Positions 63,035-64,000 of a DNA stretch of 64,000 bases are shown here, one piece after another. Origin of the DNA: Burkholderiales bacterium (GTDB lineage: Bacteria; Pseudomonadota; Gammaproteobacteria; Burkholderiales; Burkholderiaceae_C). The translations under genes were made by a program, and so were the position numbers. Position 1 is the stretch's first letter; each line of letters starts with the position of its first letter. The notes beneath the pieces were generated by a model. That model ran no database searches. It saw nothing but the letters and a program-made list of their open reading frames with translations, and was not told where the DNA came from. Where the stretch lies: assembly GCA_947452135.1 (NCBI GenBank), contig CANGBT010000002.1, positions 3,586 through 67,585 of the forward strand. The letters run 5' to 3'.

Positions 63035-64000
63035 ATGACCCACGCCTTGCAGGACCAATTCGCGCAGCTGCGACGCTGGACACGGCTCGTGTCGAGGCGC
63101 CGCTGGCTGGTGCTCGGCGTGGCCGCCGTGACCGCCGTGGCCAGTGCTGCGGTGCTGGTCACGCTGCCCGACCGCTACCAGGCCAGCGCCCGCATCTATG
63201 TGGACACGCAAACGGTGCTCAAGCCGCTGATGGCCAACCTGGCCTACCAGCCCGACATCGACCAGCAAGTGGTCATGCTCGCTCGCACGCTGATCTCGCG
63301 GCCGAACATCGAGCGCCTGGTGCAGCGGCCCGAGCTGAACTTCGATGTGTCCGACCCGCGCGAGACCGAGCAGCTGGTGTCGGGGCTGATGGGGCAGATC
63401 CACATCACACCCACGCCGTCGGGCAACCTGTACGACATCACCTACCGCGGCAGCAGCCCCGAGGGCGCGCAGCGGCTGGTCGAGGCCACGCTGGACCTGT
63501 TCGTGCACGCGGGAGCCCACGCCAAGCAGATCGATTCGCAAGAGGCCGGCCGCTTCATCGAAGCGCAGATCCAGACCTACGGCGACAAGCTCGCCGAAGT
63601 CGAAGAGCGCCTGAAGGACTTCCGCATGCGCAACCTCGGCCTGGCCGGCGTGAGCAACCAGGACTACTTCGGCCGCATCTCGTCGCTCACCGAGCAGGTC
63701 AGCCGCCTCAACGCCGAGCTGTTCGCAGCGCAGCACACACGCGACGCCTACCGGCGCGAACTGGGCATCGAAGGCGCGCTCGCTTCGGGCGACACGCCAG
63801 CCGACAGCCTGGCCGCGCCCGGCGAGAGCGAACTGCGCGCACAGGATCAGCGCAAGCGGCTCGACGAGCTGCTGACCCGCTACACCGAAGAGCACCCCGA
63901 CGTGATCGCCACGCGGCACCTCATCGAGCAGCTCGATGCCGAAGCGAGCCAGCCGCAAGCGCTGCAGGTCAAGCGCGTCGTGCGTGTGGGCAGCGACACG
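63035..64000 (+). CDS. polysaccharide chain-length determinant (Wzz/PCP, PEP-CTERM/XrtA-locus type), 3' end beyond the window
   Basis: Not in the ORF track (no stop in the window). My own translation from ATG 63035 gives MTHALQDQFAQLRRWTRLVSRRRWLVLGVAAVTAVASAAVLVTLPDRYQASARIYVDTQTVLKPLM...TYGDKLAEVEERLKDFRMRN... (TM helix, then coiled-coil). Divergent from the priming transferase gene. Confidence 0.8.
   Translation, partial: MTHALQDQFAQLRRWTRLVSRRRWLVLGVAAVTAVASAAVLVTLPDRYQASARIYVDTQTVLKPLMANLAYQPDIDQQVVMLARTLISRPNIERLVQRPELNFDVSDPRETEQLVSGLMGQIHITPTPSGNLYDITYRGSSPEGAQRLVEATLDLFVHAGAHAKQIDSQEAGRFIEAQIQTYGDKLAEVEERLKDFRMRNLGLAGVSNQDYFGRISSLTEQVSRLNAELFAAQHTRDAYRRELGIEGALASGDTPADSLAAPGESELRAQDQRKRLDELLTRYTEEHPDVIATRHLIEQLDAEASQPQALQVKRVVRVGSDT

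Noticed and set aside
62987-63958. 323-aa minus-strand ORF.
   Set aside because: It is antisense to the chain-length-determinant gene. That gene translates into a convincing TM-plus-coiled-coil PCP protein from ATG 63035.
1-64000. Search for tRNA/rRNA genes, CRISPR arrays, IS elements or transposases, integrases, toxin-antitoxin pairs and an exosortase (XrtA/EpsH) gene.
   Set aside because: None seen. No T-loop-like GGTTCGAATCC contexts occur in the intergenic DNA. There are no spaced direct-repeat arrays and no DDE or tyrosine-recombinase-like ORFs. No polytopic exosortase-like ORF is present, so the exosortase presumably lies outside the window.

Overview
High-GC (roughly two-thirds G+C by eye) chromosomal segment. 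Its gene content and order look betaproteobacterial, Burkholderiales-like. I found no rRNA, tRNA, CRISPR array, transposase or integrase.

Nt 1-36,640 is dense housekeeping. It holds a minus-strand alaA-hom-thrC-moeA-moaD-moaE-crcB run with overlapping stop/start codons. The rest includes bcp, a PIN+PhoH ATPase, a Lig E-type secreted DNA ligase, prpE-SYLF-acuI, moaA-mobA-moeA(2), ppsA/ppsR, rpsU, a TRAP transporter, pmbA, yjgA, mog, cysE, trmJ and suhB. One low-GC islet encoding a PEP-CTERM sorting-signal protein is wedged between cysE and trmJ.

Nt 36,745-64,000 is accessory. It starts with two large co-directional ORFs (677 and about 464 aa) in which I recognise no domain. After them comes an exosortase (XrtA)/PEP-CTERM-type exopolysaccharide locus. 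Its export gene (40260) and chain-length-determinant gene (63035, runs off the window) are separated by about 22 kb. That interval holds two secreted-protein genes: one protein with a 42x Ala-Pro linker plus an FN3 domain, and a low-GC beta-helix protein. It also holds a 16-gene minus-strand glycan-biosynthesis block that looks like an operon.

Most notable findings:
- The priming phosphoglycosyl transferase carries an N-terminal degenerate GGDEF-like domain. The active site reads GDGQV, but an RxxD (RETD) I-site is kept at canonical spacing.
- The two-gene module at 36745-40186 has no function I can assign.
- A ferredoxin/FrhB-like protein is translationally coupled to a pyruvyl transferase.
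- A GT-like domain is fused to a methyltransferase.

The ORF track uses the longest ATG/GTG/TTG starts, so many tracked ORFs are antisense or over-extended high-GC artefacts. Starts were trimmed by hand where homology-style N-termini, Shine-Dalgarno (SD) sequences or ATGA overlaps supported it.
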